A stretch of DNA of 58,783 nucleotides, filler included, from Sphacelaria rigidula (Eukaryota): assembly GCA_964200075.2 (NCBI GenBank). It is 4 parts of 4 records of this genome, joined end to end, with 100 filler letters (N's around TTAATTAATTAA, not from the genome) between each part and the next. Parts side by side here need not be neighbours in the genome. Positions count along the whole stretch, not along the records: positions 29,447 to 44,066 come from CAXNAA020002142.1; positions 44,167 to 58,783 come from CAXNAA020002143.1; 2 more parts are not named here. One strand, given 5' to 3'. Position numbers and translations under genes: made by a program. The notes under the pieces were generated by a model. It ran no database searches and was not told the DNA's origin. It worked only from the letters and a program-made list of their open reading frames with translations. Positions 35,901 to 49,389 of this stretch are shown here, piece by piece (the stretch's first letter is position 1; every line of letters starts with the position of its first letter).

Positions 35901-38900
35901 CAACGTGTCGAATATCGTTCCCGTATTCCCGTTTTTGGGTGAAACCCCAGTGTGACTGTGGGGGAACATGCAACCATGGGACTGCTGTGTCGTTTTATCG
36001 TCGCTTGCATGTAATATCCGTAAAGGGTGGAGTATTAATATTAGTTCCCGGTCAAGGGTTAGACGACTACCGAAATAGAAACGTCACGCCGTCATCCAGG
36101 GTGTGCGGTACGCTCCAACGTGAAAGAGTTGCTCGGGAAGAGCGCCACGCTGGTCGAAAATGAAGTGAAGCAGATGCGTGATTCTGTTCCGGATCGCGGT
36201 CTCGCACTTAAAATATTGCAAAACGGATACACTAGACAACAGACGGGACTGTACGCACGGCTGCTGGATAGAAACAAGCCGGTATCAGCTCTGCGTGGGA
36301 AAAAACGTTTCGGCTGGTGGTGACAGTACGGTCCTATGAAGTGGTGTAGACGAAAAGCTAAAACGACGACCTCAGCTATCGACAAGGGTGTTGTCACCAC
36401 TTGTAACGGTAGTCCGCCAAAGATTTGCGTCGCCGCTCGTTAAACGTACTAGATGCCGACCGTTCCGAAGACAGGGTTGAACATTGAAGGTTCTTTGTCA
36501 AAATCATTCCGGCGTTGTTACGTGCACACAACGGTATAGTCACAGATTGTGGGGTACTGCACAGTACTCCACCACGCTGCTGCCGTCATGGCTCGATAGC
36601 TGGAAGTGGATGCGCGTTACTTCCATCATCTTGGACACTCTTGAGGCACACAAACCGTAGAGGATCTTGTACTGTGTGCACAGTGTGCATCTCGGCTTCA
36701 CAGTCAAGAAGATCCACCAATCCTCTCACGCATGTTACGTCCTGCTCCGACTGCATAGCCTGTGCACTACCTGGACCTACGGAAGCTCGATCGAGCACTT
36801 TTAGTATTTGTTTTCATTCACGACACCAGTGTTGCTCTTGAAGGGATGCGCGGGCAAAGGTGCGCGTGCAGGGATGCGCGGTATGGAACTACAGTATATT
36901 GATCACGTGCACGAGCATGCTTCATCCGATGTACTCGGTGTATATGCTTTCTCGTCGGGTAAACACGAACTACAATACACTCTGCACTCCATGAGAAAAC
37001 ACCTCCGGAGGATGTGTGATCTCACTATCGGCCACGGCCGAAAGGAGAAATCTAGGATTCCCGGGTTCATTATTCTTCACTTGGCGAACCCATCCCTCCC
37101 CTTACTGTTGAGTTTTCTGTCGTGGTATAACCCCCGATTCCCGAATGGAGGACTGCAGCTAGAGGCGGAAATACATTTCACGCCACCCTCTGCTGCCAGT
37201 AGCGCGTGATTTGGGTTGCTGTGCGTACCATCCGCGACACAGACTTACTGGCGGGTTCAAAATACATCATATTTAGTGTAGTAAATCTGCGCTAGTACGT
37301 TGAACCCTGGAGACGCGAATCATATTGGACCGTTAACATGGTTTCCCGGGGGGTTTCCTCAAAGTCTTGAGCGATAGACGCGCATGGGAAGTGTGAAGAG
37401 CGCTCGTATGCACGTGATGTATGTTGCTGCTGGAGTCTGCAGTAATAATGCACAGACAGAATGGTTGACCTTCTTTCTGACTGTGCACGAGCAGACCGCT
37501 TCGAGCAGGTATTTCGTGTGCGAGTGTGCAACTGAACGACACGTGTCTACTACAACACACATACAAGAAGGAAGAAAAGCGCCGACAGTTGATTTTCAGA
37601 GACGATCTGTAGCGATCTCATTCACCGTGAAAAAAATGAAGAATGGAGCACTTCCGTACCAGACCATGAGCAATGCAAGGAAGTCCCCTTCAGTTAATTC
37701 CAGGAAACTTGAATTATGTACGGTTACCGTTTGCATTCGCCTGACTTCTCCGCACGGGGTATTTGCGGGATATGATACTCATCGTCATATATGTCGACAG
37801 GTGGAAGCGGACGTCTCTATACTGAATTAATCACCTCACATTATGGTGCGACCGGTACCAAGGTATAGAGCAGTTTTTACACAAGAGTAAATCAGCACGG
37901 ATATGCGCACGAAAAAATGGACTGAGAGGCCAACGTCCAATATTTGCTCGTGTTCCGTCAACCAGGGTACAGAATGTAGGCTAGGCTACGATCGCGGACA
38001 ACGAATAACATTAGAATCAACAACAGCAGCTACCCCTTACCGTGCATCAGCAGCCTTTGATTCCAAATGAACAGACCAGACAAAACCTGTTACTCGTAGC
38101 AAGACGACCGTTCATGGAAAAAGCAGACATAACTCACCTTCTTCTTGAGGAAGGTCGCATCCGTTCCCTCGCTGCCTTCTGCCCCACGACCCGACTTTCG
38201 GTCAGAAACATCCCCAAGCCCTATACCCTGCAAATCCAAGACTGCAGGAGCCACATCTCCCATGCTACGTTCTTGTTTGCTCTATTTCGCCCTCGACGAA
38301 TCCAAGTCAGTTCACTGCTTTGGAGGTGTGCGGGCAGGAGAGAGGGTGGGTGTGAAGGTGATCAGAGGGTGTTGCGTGGGAACGGCACAGCTTTGAGCAA
38401 GACGGAATTGCAGGGAATTGAGGTCTGAGCTTCATGAGGGTGAAATTCCGCTATTCCATGTTCACATCTATATTTTGGTCAGAGAGGTTCCGCACCCCGA
38501 ACCGACAGCAGTTTATTAATTCGGTTTGTAGTACATTGTACGACAGTGTACCGTAGCTGTGATCATTTCTCTCAATGACTTTGTGGGAGGTGTACATGGA
38601 GCGAAAACGATCGGGCTTTGTCAGGAACCTTCCTTTAGGGCTAGCCTCAAGGGTGTGTGTAATGTCAGAAAGCTTCTTTAAGGGTGTTGACGTACTCGGT
38701 GAACAAGCTGCGGCAACCAAATTGCTGGCTGAAGTGGGTTGACCTTGAACAAGAGGAAGCAGTGGTATGTCCGAGGGCACGCATACACGGCGGTTACCTC
38801 CCCTCCTCTCAGGATAATCAAGAACAATTCACAACTCAACCCAGATACATGCGAAGCAGAAAAAACACGGGTAATATTTTTGAAGGCGCAACGCAACGGG

Positions 38901-41900
38901 GTGGGCGAGAGCAGTTACGGCAGGCGAGCACCTAGGTTTTGCAAGCATTCACCCATTTACACATGATGTGTCGTTGCATAGCATCACTCGAAAGCTCAAA
39001 TTGGTGGTTCGGTTCGAGGATGCTGATGGAGTGCGTTACAGTGCAATTTGAACCAGTGACTAAAGGAGGCAATTAGTATGTCGGTAGTTCCGTGTTACGC
39101 CCGAAACGCGCCCCTATATCCTGAGACCCTCAGAAGGACCAAAAGCACAAACGAAATCATGATGAATAATCGTCCACTATTTGCATTGCAAAGGCGTACA
39201 CACAACAGGAGCTACTTGCGTAGCATCGTGAGGAATACATCCCTCATCACCGCTCTGTATATGAAACCGGAGATGGGTATTACAGTGGAGAGTACTCCTG
39301 TTTGGGGTATCCCTGTTCCCTCCCCCCCTTGAAGATGCCCACGGTTCTTCTCACCTGATTTTTTCACCAGGAGCAAGCAGTCACTTCCGGCACGCGTAGT
39401 GAGTACCCTTGTGGACGGTACAGGGGTGGTCTTCCTCACTAGACTCAGCTTTTTTTGGTACACCAGCTTCTCACTATGCTGATGCAGACCGCAGCAGTGT
39501 ACAGCAGTACAGTTGTACAGTACAGTACAACAGTAGTACAGAGTGGTTCAGGTATGATAGAGCGTGTGATTACTATTACAGTGGAGGGGTGGTCTTCGGT
39601 CGTCGACCGGAAAAAAAAAAATGAAACGGAAAGATCTTTTGGGGCTCGTATCTTTAATTCTAACACTTTTGTCGGCAATTTGGTGGCGTTTCGCTTCGTT
39701 CAGCTCGGCTGATGAGAGATGGTTGTATACCCTGCAATTCCTGACACGCATGCGGTTATCGGCTGCGGACACTCACGCAGAATACTCGGTCTGTTTAGTT
39801 AACGTGGTTTGAGCGGGAAGTGTGCGTATTTTTCAAGAAGTATTTGTCAGTCAGTACGTCTTCTCTTTCTTCCACGATCCCAGACTAATGTCATATATAT
39901 ATAAGACCACTGCTGACTGAAAAAGATATTGGGAATTCTTCACTCATTTTGATTGGTTTATTTGAATTTGGAAATCTATCTATTCGGATTGACATAACGT
40001 TCGTCATCCGCGATACGGTTCTATCTTGATCTCTGCTTACAGGTCCTCGGTGCGTTGGCGGGGGGGTGAGGGGATGGTCACCGCTGCTCGAGGGTCTTGC
40101 TCCATGCCTTCATGAGCGCGATGCACACCTATGGCTCGGTATGCATGTATAATCTGATTCTCTTCAACATGAAGGTTGCCACCCACGAGGTGATTATCAA
40201 ACGCAGGTCGATACACACACACATAGGTCGTCACTCGTGGGAGGTGCGACTGTTGTACTGTCTGTACAACTGCAAATGTGAAAGCAGCAGTGTCAGATCC
40301 AAAAAAATTATTGTTTCTTTGGTCGCCACGGGTCACCATACGAATATGAATATAGAGTATTACCGGCGAAAGAGGAATAAGACGAGCCGAGCTTCGCCTG
40401 TCGATCACAGGCCTCCAATCACGGGCTAGGGAACTGCAGACAGATTGACAAGAACCCAACAGAGCAGAGAGAGGTGGAGTCGATAAACGTTGACTGACAA
40501 AGGTATCTTCTTATCCTGGTGCATTTCTGCACTATTTTTTATTTTTCGCCATTTTTATCATGGAACCGGCAGTAAGTATTATTCTAACACCATACCCACA
40601 TACGTCTGACATGCACAAACTGGCCATCAGTGATGTGTTGGAGACATTACGCTCGTATTGATTTTCGTCCCCCTCGACACCGTTTTCCGTGCGGAAAAAA
40701 CAGCCAGGTGGACAAACCATATGACACTGATAGCACAGTAGTAGATACAATCATCGCTGCTCGTTACCTTGTACATATCACGCCGTGCGTATTTCGTGCG
40801 TGCAAACTTACTGTCTGTAGGTGTATCGTACTCGATTGCGCATGCATGTGTCGCAGCCAACAAGAGGTTTGTCCGGGATCTTGAGGTATGTTTTTCACTG
40901 TTGTCTGTTTACCATCGCCACACGGAACGAAACTACGAAGTCGGATGCACACCCGACATGGCTTGCAAATTGTTGGCAGCATCCAATACTACACAATCAA
41001 GAGGGTGGATGTACTGTAGAGACAGTTGTTTTAGACACGAACCCGTTTTCATATCCGCGCAGCAACTGGACCGTTTCGGATACAGCTTTTCCGCTACACG
41101 AAAGACCATGTAGGACGGGAACTTCCACCAGAGACATCTCGGGCTAATAAGAGATTGTCTTCGAAAATGACGTTGAATAAGATATCAATCTGTCTGGGAA
41201 AAGTTTCAACTCCAAAACAGTGCTATATCGCTGACCCAAACACGCCACGACAAATAATGAATGATGTCAAAATGAAATGACCACATCCCTCCCGCCGACC
41301 TTCCTAAATTATTTTTTTTGCGGTTTCCGTTCTTCCGTTCCCTCAAAGGATGTACATACAAATACGAAGGCACATTTTCGCCTCGATTTCGGGGCGAAAA
41401 AAGAGGTTCGTGACCCTCAGACTGCCAGGGAAGTTCATCTGGGTCATACTTACTTTTTCCAACTGAAATTAATGTCGATGCAATGCATGACGTACTCTCC
41501 CCGTGTAAGGGTTAACGACAGTGAGTCGTTGGGCTACAGTAGCTTCATGATTGACACATAACATTTTACAACTATATCGCTATCCCCTAATCCTAACCCT
41601 AACCCAAGGCATACCGAGAATTGTCAGGCAAGGGATGTACATACCGTTCGTTCCCTAGGCAAAGTGCGGCCTTCGTAGACCCACGACAAATACATTGCAA
41701 CGTACAGGATGATGCAGTAATGTTCTATTATACTGGGAATTCAATTTCTTGCAGTACTGCATAGGAGGCAGCAGGCGCTAACTTCTTCCGCGGAATAAAT
41801 ATCGCGGCAGCCTTGCTACAATCAACAGAAAGTATGCGTGCTATGGAAAGTGACACGCTGACAGTAGTATGTAAAGGAGGTTCCACATGCCACGAGCTCG

Positions 41901-41960
41901 ATAACGACATCACCCCAAATTTCATTCATTAGCGAACGAGTGTCTTTTTTCGCAAAATTG

Positions 41961-42216
41961 CACAGTTAGGACGAATCATCACGACTAAGAATCACCAAAT
42001 CCACGATTCCTTCGGCCTGACTGCCCAAAAGGGGGGGGGAAGTCGACCGCTGGTCCGAGGGGTATCCACGCATTTTTTGCGCCATTCCACGTGTCTGGGC
42101 TGCGTGTACCTGGGTTGCAACGCTAGGAATAAAGCCTAGGGAGTGACTCGTACGAGTCAAATCAGTTAGACTAAAACCAAGTAATTTCCAGACGAATCAT
42201 TATTTGTCCGACCCTT
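41961..42216 (+). mobile_element. MITE family copy (~255 bp)
   Basis: cacagttaggacgaatcatcacga...tttccagacgaatcattatttgtccgaccctt; colinear with 49132-49389. Confidence 0.85.
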
Positions 42217-43753
42217 CCAAAATTTCTACATAATAATAGAGGTATCTCAAACTCTCTTTCCCGGTTCCCTGGTTTGTTTTTCTTCAATTTTCTCAAGTAA
42301 AAATCACAGGAATTCATCATATGATGAGACCTTTTGACCGGCAGGCCAGGTCCTCCTATGAATCGCCATCAACTTCACTTGAAAAAACGAAAAAACAGAG
42401 CCAGAGTATAAAGCAGGAAACCGGGAACCGAGTCTGAGATACCTCTAATAATAATAGTCGCATACATGAGACTGACCGCCGCATGGTCAGTTGGTTGAAA
42501 AAAGTGGCATATATAGCCGTGGCGCTAAGGCCGCGTGTCTTATCGCGAGACCAAAACAACAGGGAAAGAAGAAGCGTCTAAAATCAGCGTGTTATTTGAT
42601 CATTTGATCGCCGCCGGTGTCAACCTTTAGACCGCGAGGAGGGTAGGTCACCTGCTGATTCAATTTCAATCGAAAAAAGTATGCGTGATCCAGATGGACT
42701 ACCCGCACCACGTTCTAAGGGTCAAGACACTTACTGTGGAATCAGAATATACAGGCAACACCCCAGTATTTCGGTGATGACGGGTTTCGACGTCGTCGGA
42801 CTCGTGCTGATGATATTTACTTCCTGACTGTGCATGTTCCTTATATATCCCTCGTAGAGCAGCTCCGACCGCCCTAAAACTTGGCGGGTACTACTGTACG
42901 TACTATTTGCTTCTCCGAATGGAAAAGTACACTGTTGTGTATACTGTTGTTGAAAAACATTTCACGGTTTCTCCGTTATGTACCGTAGTAACTCGGGGGT
43001 TTCGATGTGAATACGGACGTCGGTAGCACAAAATAAGATGTACAGTAGAAGTATGCCTCCCAATAATAACGAAACGAAGTACGTTCCGTGGTGGCCCGCG
43101 GCACATTTGTTTGCTTATTCGTGCACAAAGTTTCGTTGCGCACGAGCTGGGCCGGCCGTACAACATACATACGTGCATATCCCGATACGAGTAGCCTCGA
43201 TGCAATCGCAGCCAGTCCTCTCGATAACCTGGTGGCAGGCATCATAAGGTAGTGCGGGGCGCTGTGCGTTGAGATATGCTCGTTGCGGCACCTCAGCAGT
43301 AACCCGCGGTGGGCTTTGCGCAACAGGTTGATTTTGTGAGAAGGTTTGATCACGCAGCCGTAAAACATGGAGCTCATAAATGGTACCAGTTATAACTGGC
43401 TACTATCATTATAATGGTAATATAATGGTAATGGTTATATGAAAAATTCGGATAATGGTTTCAAACCATTTTTTACCGTTACCGGCTACGCATGCTACAT
43501 ACAGTCCTTGGAAATTGGCCCAAATTTGATGCTCTAGTGAAGCCAAATCGCGTACAAACCTGCCTCCGGCACGACGCCTCCAGCGGTGCTATCCGGGGGC
43601 GTCTCCGGCGGGGGCCCCTCTGCTGGGGGGGAATTTTTTCCTCGCGGCTGAACCGCTTGATGACCAAACCATTATGTACCATTTACCTGGTTAATGAGGG
43701 CGCTACGCGGAACCATTCAACTGTTTAATGGTCAGACGAACCATTTCCGAGCT

Positions 43754-43954
43754 CTAGTAAAACATGATCTCGATCACTTCTGCCTTCAGGAAACGAGCAT
43801 TTTCGGCCAGAACAATGTAGGCGTTGTCGTATATCGGTCTGCTGTGCTCGATGAAGTACTTCCAGGCCTGGCCATTGCCGCGGTTGACGTCAGTGGTGAC
43901 GTCGCCGATGCTGTCGTTGACGGTGCCGCGCCGAGACAGACGAAAATACTCCAC
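43754..43954 (-). pseudogene. Possible remnant of a hAT transposase C-terminus beside aatggt/accatt-rich subterminal-like sequence
   Basis: YIVLAENARFLKAEVIEIMFY loosely resembles the end of the hAT dimerisation domain; the diagnostic SER.FS motif is absent. Confidence 0.25.
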
Positions 43955-44066
43955 TAGCTGGCACCTTTGGAGTCATGCTACGATAGGGGGGGGGGGGGTA
44001 TTTTGGACCGCTTTTTTCCACGAAATTCCCCTTCCATCCGCCCCGAAAGCAGTCAACAGTTGTTCG

Positions 44067-44166
44067 NNNNNNNNNNNNNNNNNNNNNNNNNNNNNNNNNN
44101 NNNNNNNNNNTTAATTAATTAANNNNNNNNNNNNNNNNNNNNNNNNNNNNNNNNNNNNNNNNNNNN
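44067..44166. other. Artificial contig-joining linker
   Basis: Same N44-TTAATTAATTAA-N44 structure. Confidence 0.97.
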
Positions 44167-46029
44167 GGGGGGGGGGGTGACATCAGTAATGAAGTCCTCA
44201 CTTGATTCGACATTTTCTCTGCAACGCACCAGGGCTCAGAGTTTAATTAAAATAAGTGCTCACAGGACACGATGTCACACACGAAACGCCCGACCTTCCA
44301 ACAGCGCAAAAACATATCGGTGCCTCGCATACTGAAGAGCTTCGCGAGAGCCTCCTTCGTCACATCATAGCAAACAAGGGCAACCACCACCTTGCAAAAG
44401 GTAATACCGTTGGGACGTGATCAAAAAAACATTCGAGCTCATGTAGCCACTGCATAAGAAGAAAATCAAAGGATGAGGGACGTCTACACTTCATATACCA
44501 ATTTACAATACATACATCACGGTGGTACACCGTCTATATCTACCTCGGTATACTCGAACATACCGATGTGTGACAACACCTCTCTGCTGATCATCCGACT
44601 TGCTCACATCTTCAGGCCATGTCGTACCCTAGTGATCACATAGCCGTTGAACTCACGTTTTTCATCAATAGCGTCGCTAACCGCCTTTTTTTCAAATATC
44701 GACTTTGATTATGGTGGATCCTCGGCCATAGCAAGCACAAGTATCGTGCAATCGAAATCTGACTCAAGACTGGGTGGAGACACTGAGCCAACGTGCCCTG
44801 TGCCATGGTAGCCCCGTTTTCACTGAAAAAATAATGTTGAAAATCCGTACTGTCAATTCGGGACATGCAGCCTATGTATTGAGAAACGACAACCGGAAAC
44901 TGAATATTCGCTGTCGAACTAGAGAGTACAATGACCTGCGGCCGAGTCGAGCATCATCAGTTTTGGAAACGCCGAGCGAAGCTTTTCGCGCATCGACCGA
45001 CGAGTCCTGAATACTTCACCTCGCTTCGGACCAAAGCTGCGTGCGGACGTTACCCCGTTCTTGTTTCGTTGGTTTCAGTGCATAAAAAGCGCGAGAGTCC
45101 AAAATTCACCGCATGGCGCCTACAACTGTACAAGGAGCGCGTTCAACGCATTGATGTTTCATATAGGGGTTGGGCCCATCGTATTTCCAGGGATGGAAAA
45201 TCAGTCGCCCCCGAGGGTGGTATTCACCGTTTCGCCCTGTCGCGAAAGAACGCTAGTGCTCCTGATCATCTCACGGGTACAATGTGAGAGCCATCATGTT
45301 TCGACGAAACCGACCATGCTTCCACAAGCATTATGTAGTCCGCCCGCAAATAGCCGATACGAGGAAGATAACCCGATGTGAGGGTACCTGGGGAAGATAT
45401 ACGCTCATCTTATGGTCAGGGAGAAGGAAGAGGGTGATCTCGAACTAGAAAGTAAAACACATACGTTGCAGTGACCACTCGTGCGTTCAGGGGGCCTCGC
45501 CATATGAATTCAACAAGCGCTGACGGTAGCTTACGCGTGCTTCAGGAGGGAATGCACCAAATATCTTCCCCGGCGTGCCTGCCGACCCGTTCGGCAAAAA
45601 AAAGACGATACTGCTCGGTCTAGGTTGGAGGCTTTTTCTTGGTCCAGTCGCTAATGGCTCGAACGCCGAATAACACCCCCTTTGTGCTTACATTGATCTT
45701 CGTCGTGCAGGACGAAACCAGCTCTAACAGCACTCACCATCATCGCCTCCAAGCACGTTTTTGGCCGGTTCCGGGGGCGTACTCATTTGTTGCTTGCCTT
45801 AGCCATTTGACCGTTGACCACGTATTTCTTTCGAGAAGGAGCACCGTTCCTACTTTTCAAGAGTCACCTCCAACAATTCTGGCGCTCAATCCGTTTCTTC
45901 CATAAAACACACAAGAACCTCTCACACATCTTTCGCCCGTCCTGTTTCGCCGTATGTGGCCACCGTTTGTCTCCTAGTACAGCCATCCGGCTCGGGAGGG
46001 GGGACTATCTCGGCAGCAGTCATAATTGG

Positions 46030-46650
46030 GTTAGACTGTACGCCTTCAAGTGGTGCCGATCACGTGTTCACAGTCATGATGAGCTCATCAGGCCACGTTA
46101 TTTGCCGAAATTGCAGGCGAAAGCAGAGGCCCTTTCAAAAGCTCAAGCAGAGATGTGCATCACAAAACCACCAGGGTATCGGGTACGTTGATGGAATTTC
46201 CGACGTTGAAGATCCATGAGCTCAGTACCATCGACTCAAGATTGTCGACGAGCCCTGTAGAAGATGATTGGTGTTGTGAGACTTGGTGGGAGGCCGCAGT
46301 GTACTTCCCGGAGAGTATAAAGCCCCCACATATTCGGCCACGTGAAGAAGGCGACCATCGCTTCCTCCCCGTGGGCGAATACGTGGGCTTCATACTCTCC
46401 GGAAAGTACACTGCGGCCTTCAGCCAAGTCCATGACAGTCCCATCCATCCTCTCCAGTACCTGCCGACATTCTAGCACTCGTGGGAAACTCATCGACATT
46501 CAACCATCAGAACTGCCCCAACGTGCCTGCCACCTCGACCGGCTTGGCGGCGCGCATCTCTGCTTCGGCTCTAGGACATGTCTCTGCTTCACCTTTAATC
46601 TTCGGAGAGATGCAGAGCTATGTTCGCATGCAGGTGCCCAGTCTACCTCA
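46030..46650. repeat. ~600-bp imperfect palindrome centred near 46355
   Basis: 46291-46325 vs 46385-46419 match at 33/35 nt; weaker pairing continues outwards (gacttgg/ccaagtc, aagcagagatg/catctctgctt, tagactg/cagtcta). Confidence 0.85.
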
Positions 46651-48496
46651 ATACACCCAAACAAGTTAGCCCCGCGTTTTGAAAGCCGGGCACGACGAAC
46701 ATGAGACGTTGCTTACACCCACGCCACCACTCGTACCTCCTGGCGTGGGGTGGAGAATAACAAAAAGAGGTGTCGCTGTGGTAGAGTAGAGTATGACAAT
46801 GGCCGAGGCAACCGAACGGAAACGAGAGAATTTGAGATGTTGTGACGTAACACGTGTTCAAAGACATGATCCTCACAAATGATGTTATCATCAAGATGAT
46901 CAGGCGTAAATTACCTTTATATTGCGCTCACAGGATCACGCCATTCGAAGTGCACCCCCAGTAATAAGGAACGGAACACAACACCATACTTGAACGACAC
47001 TATTACGTAATACTTCTAAACTCTTGACATACTAGTATAAACTATGGGGTGGAGAACTGTTTAACCCACTGCTAAGGGGGGGGGGGGGGGGGGGGTCCTT
47101 CTCGAGATTGGTCATCACTTTTTCAAAAACGGCGTGTGATTAGTCGCTGCGATACCATTTTCCCCCAGAATACCCCGGAGGTAACTTTATGTTTAGTGTG
47201 CGCCTTGAACGGGAACATAGATGTCCCGCCGACGGGGGCACATGCAAATGCTTGACACGCCTCAACATTTTCAGACGTGAACCTGAGAAACTCGTTGCCC
47301 TCGCCAAGTGAACTCTCATCAGCTGAGCACATTGTGCGTGACCTTGCTCGAATCCCTTGATTTTCAACGAAAAGCTACGGTGGCGTAAAACAAACGCACA
47401 GCACACCCAAGCGACTGCCTTCCCCCTATTACAGAAATCGCCGCGAACACATATGCAAGTACCAGGGCTGGAGCCAATGCGCGTGGGTGTCCGTATGGGT
47501 TGTCGGGGCTGGGCGTGCTGCCCATGTCCCGTCTTCTCGTGTCTTGCCTGTAAGCGATGAAAAGATGTTGGACTAACGATCACTTCTAGAACTGCCGAAT
47601 TTCTCAATTTGTGTCCAGAACTCTGAGCTTTGATCTGGTGAAAAAACGTGCTCCGCACTACTCACATTGGTCGTTGTGGGCGGCAAATGATTTTTCGGGC
47701 ACAATATTTTTTCAAGTGAGCATCGTCTCCCATATAAACCTGCCGACCACCGGCGGGACATTCACAGTCACCCAAGACCCGAAGCGATTGTTATAAGGGC
47801 ACTAGCATTCCGCTGTAGGTTGCACATAGGACAGTGCCATGCACCCGGTGGCCGCCCTACGCTCAAGAAGCCCAAGCTTACACCGACTGCAAAATACAGC
47901 TCGCGGACACCCACCATGACAAGACAGTTGCGTGTACATGTCGACGCATCACTCCGTGTGGTGAACCTCGTGGATCATTGATCTTGCAGCAGAGATCCCA
48001 AACTTGCGAGGTTGCGTTCGGTAGGATATACCCGGAAATGGGGGGATTTTTGGTTGGGCAAAACCACACAGAAATGTGAAGCAAGCACACCGACTTCGTC
48101 GGGGAGGGTTTTGAGCGAAAAAACGCTCATATACCAACTTCAGTTGGTGTATCCTACAGAACACAATCTTCACAACTTCGCTTGATTGAAGGGTTGGACA
48201 TGGAGGTTGTGAGTCGTAGCAATCTGCCATACAACCCGCGATCGGACAGAAATTTACACCATTATACGAAGTGCCTGCTTTGCATGCATACCTCTCATAT
48301 GCTTGTAAATCCCTTCCGTTGTCCAAATGCTACCACCACCTCTTTACGACCCAACCCGCAGCCCCGCTCTAACGATCCGGACCGTCATCTTGGGCCCATC
48401 ATGGGGGACCGCGCTTACAACGAATGGGGCCATTCCTGTCTCGTCCTCTGCTACCCTACTCAGGGACCGCTACCGTATCATGGCCAAATGCGTCAC

Positions 48497-48601
48497 CTTG
48501 CGTCCCATATGAGCATCTGCCTCCAGCTTCCCATCCAGCACTGTTCCCACATACTCTTCGGCTTGTTGCAACATCTTTAGCAACCGTTGCATCGACGTCT
48601 C
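48497..48601 (-). CDS. EIF3F: Translation initiation factor 3 subunit F, internal exon (C-terminal helical region)
   Basis: ctgcag|ETSMQRLLKMLQQAEEYVGTVLDGKLEADAHMGRK|gtgacg, phase 0/0; matches the eIF3f pattern E.SMERLL......YV..V..G....D...GR. Confidence 0.88.
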
Positions 48602-49131
48602 CTGCAGTTCACAGCACCCGCGTCACACCGTAGAAACAAGCACATGGCATCACCCCGAAAAGCGTGTGAGTAAAACTTCGTTACAGTCAACGCATTATGA
48701 TGAAAAAAACTCTAGAGAAGCACTGTCGAAGTGTCGTTCCTCCCTCGCCCCAAATACGGTGTACCAGCACCCTCGGTCTGCTTCATCCTGACTTCGCCTC
48801 AACTACAGGCTGATTCAGGATGCACGCCCAAAATGTGTTCAGCACGAGACACAGATCGCAAACCTGACCCGATAGAAATGTGTTTGGTATCATAGCGACC
48901 CCTACGAGCAAGCGAACGATGTGACGTGGCCAATTTATTCTTGCGTCATACGCCGTGACGCTGGGGGTGAAGATCTTTCTCGGCTACTAGGGGCCTCCGA
49001 ACTGTTCTGAAATTCAAAAAGTCAACTTCCGACATAATTTTGTATACTTGTGTCCAACCTCATCACGAATCGAACCTCAATGGATGCCGTCAGCTAGAGA
49101 ATCTAACGCAAAGAACATACTCCGAATGATT

Positions 49132-49389
49132 CACGGTTAGGACGAATCATCACGATTAAGAATAACCAAATCTACAATTTCTTCGGCCCGATTGCCCAAA
49201 AGGGAGAAGAAAGTTGATCGCTGGTCCAAGGGGTATCCACGCAACTTTTGCGCTTTTCCGTATGTCTGGGCTGCGTGTGCCTGGGTTGCAAAGCTGAAAA
49301 CAAAGCCTGGGGATTGATTTGTACGATTCGAATCAGTAACACTAAAACCAAGTCATTTCCAGACGAATCATTGATTCGTCCGACCCTTA
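49132..49389 (+). mobile_element. MITE family copy (~255 bp) with short TIRs
   Basis: Starts cacggttaggacgaatca and ends tgattcgtccgaccctta; homologous to 41961-42216 and 1743-1929. Confidence 0.85.

Noticed and set aside
41585-41605. Telomere-like cctaatcctaaccctaaccc
   Set aside because: Only about three degenerate units and internal to the contig; too short to call an interstitial telomere.
47834-48580. ~250-codon + strand frame with a single stop
   Set aside because: No recognisable protein, and it overlaps the eIF3f exon on the opposite strand; probably chance or an antisense shadow.
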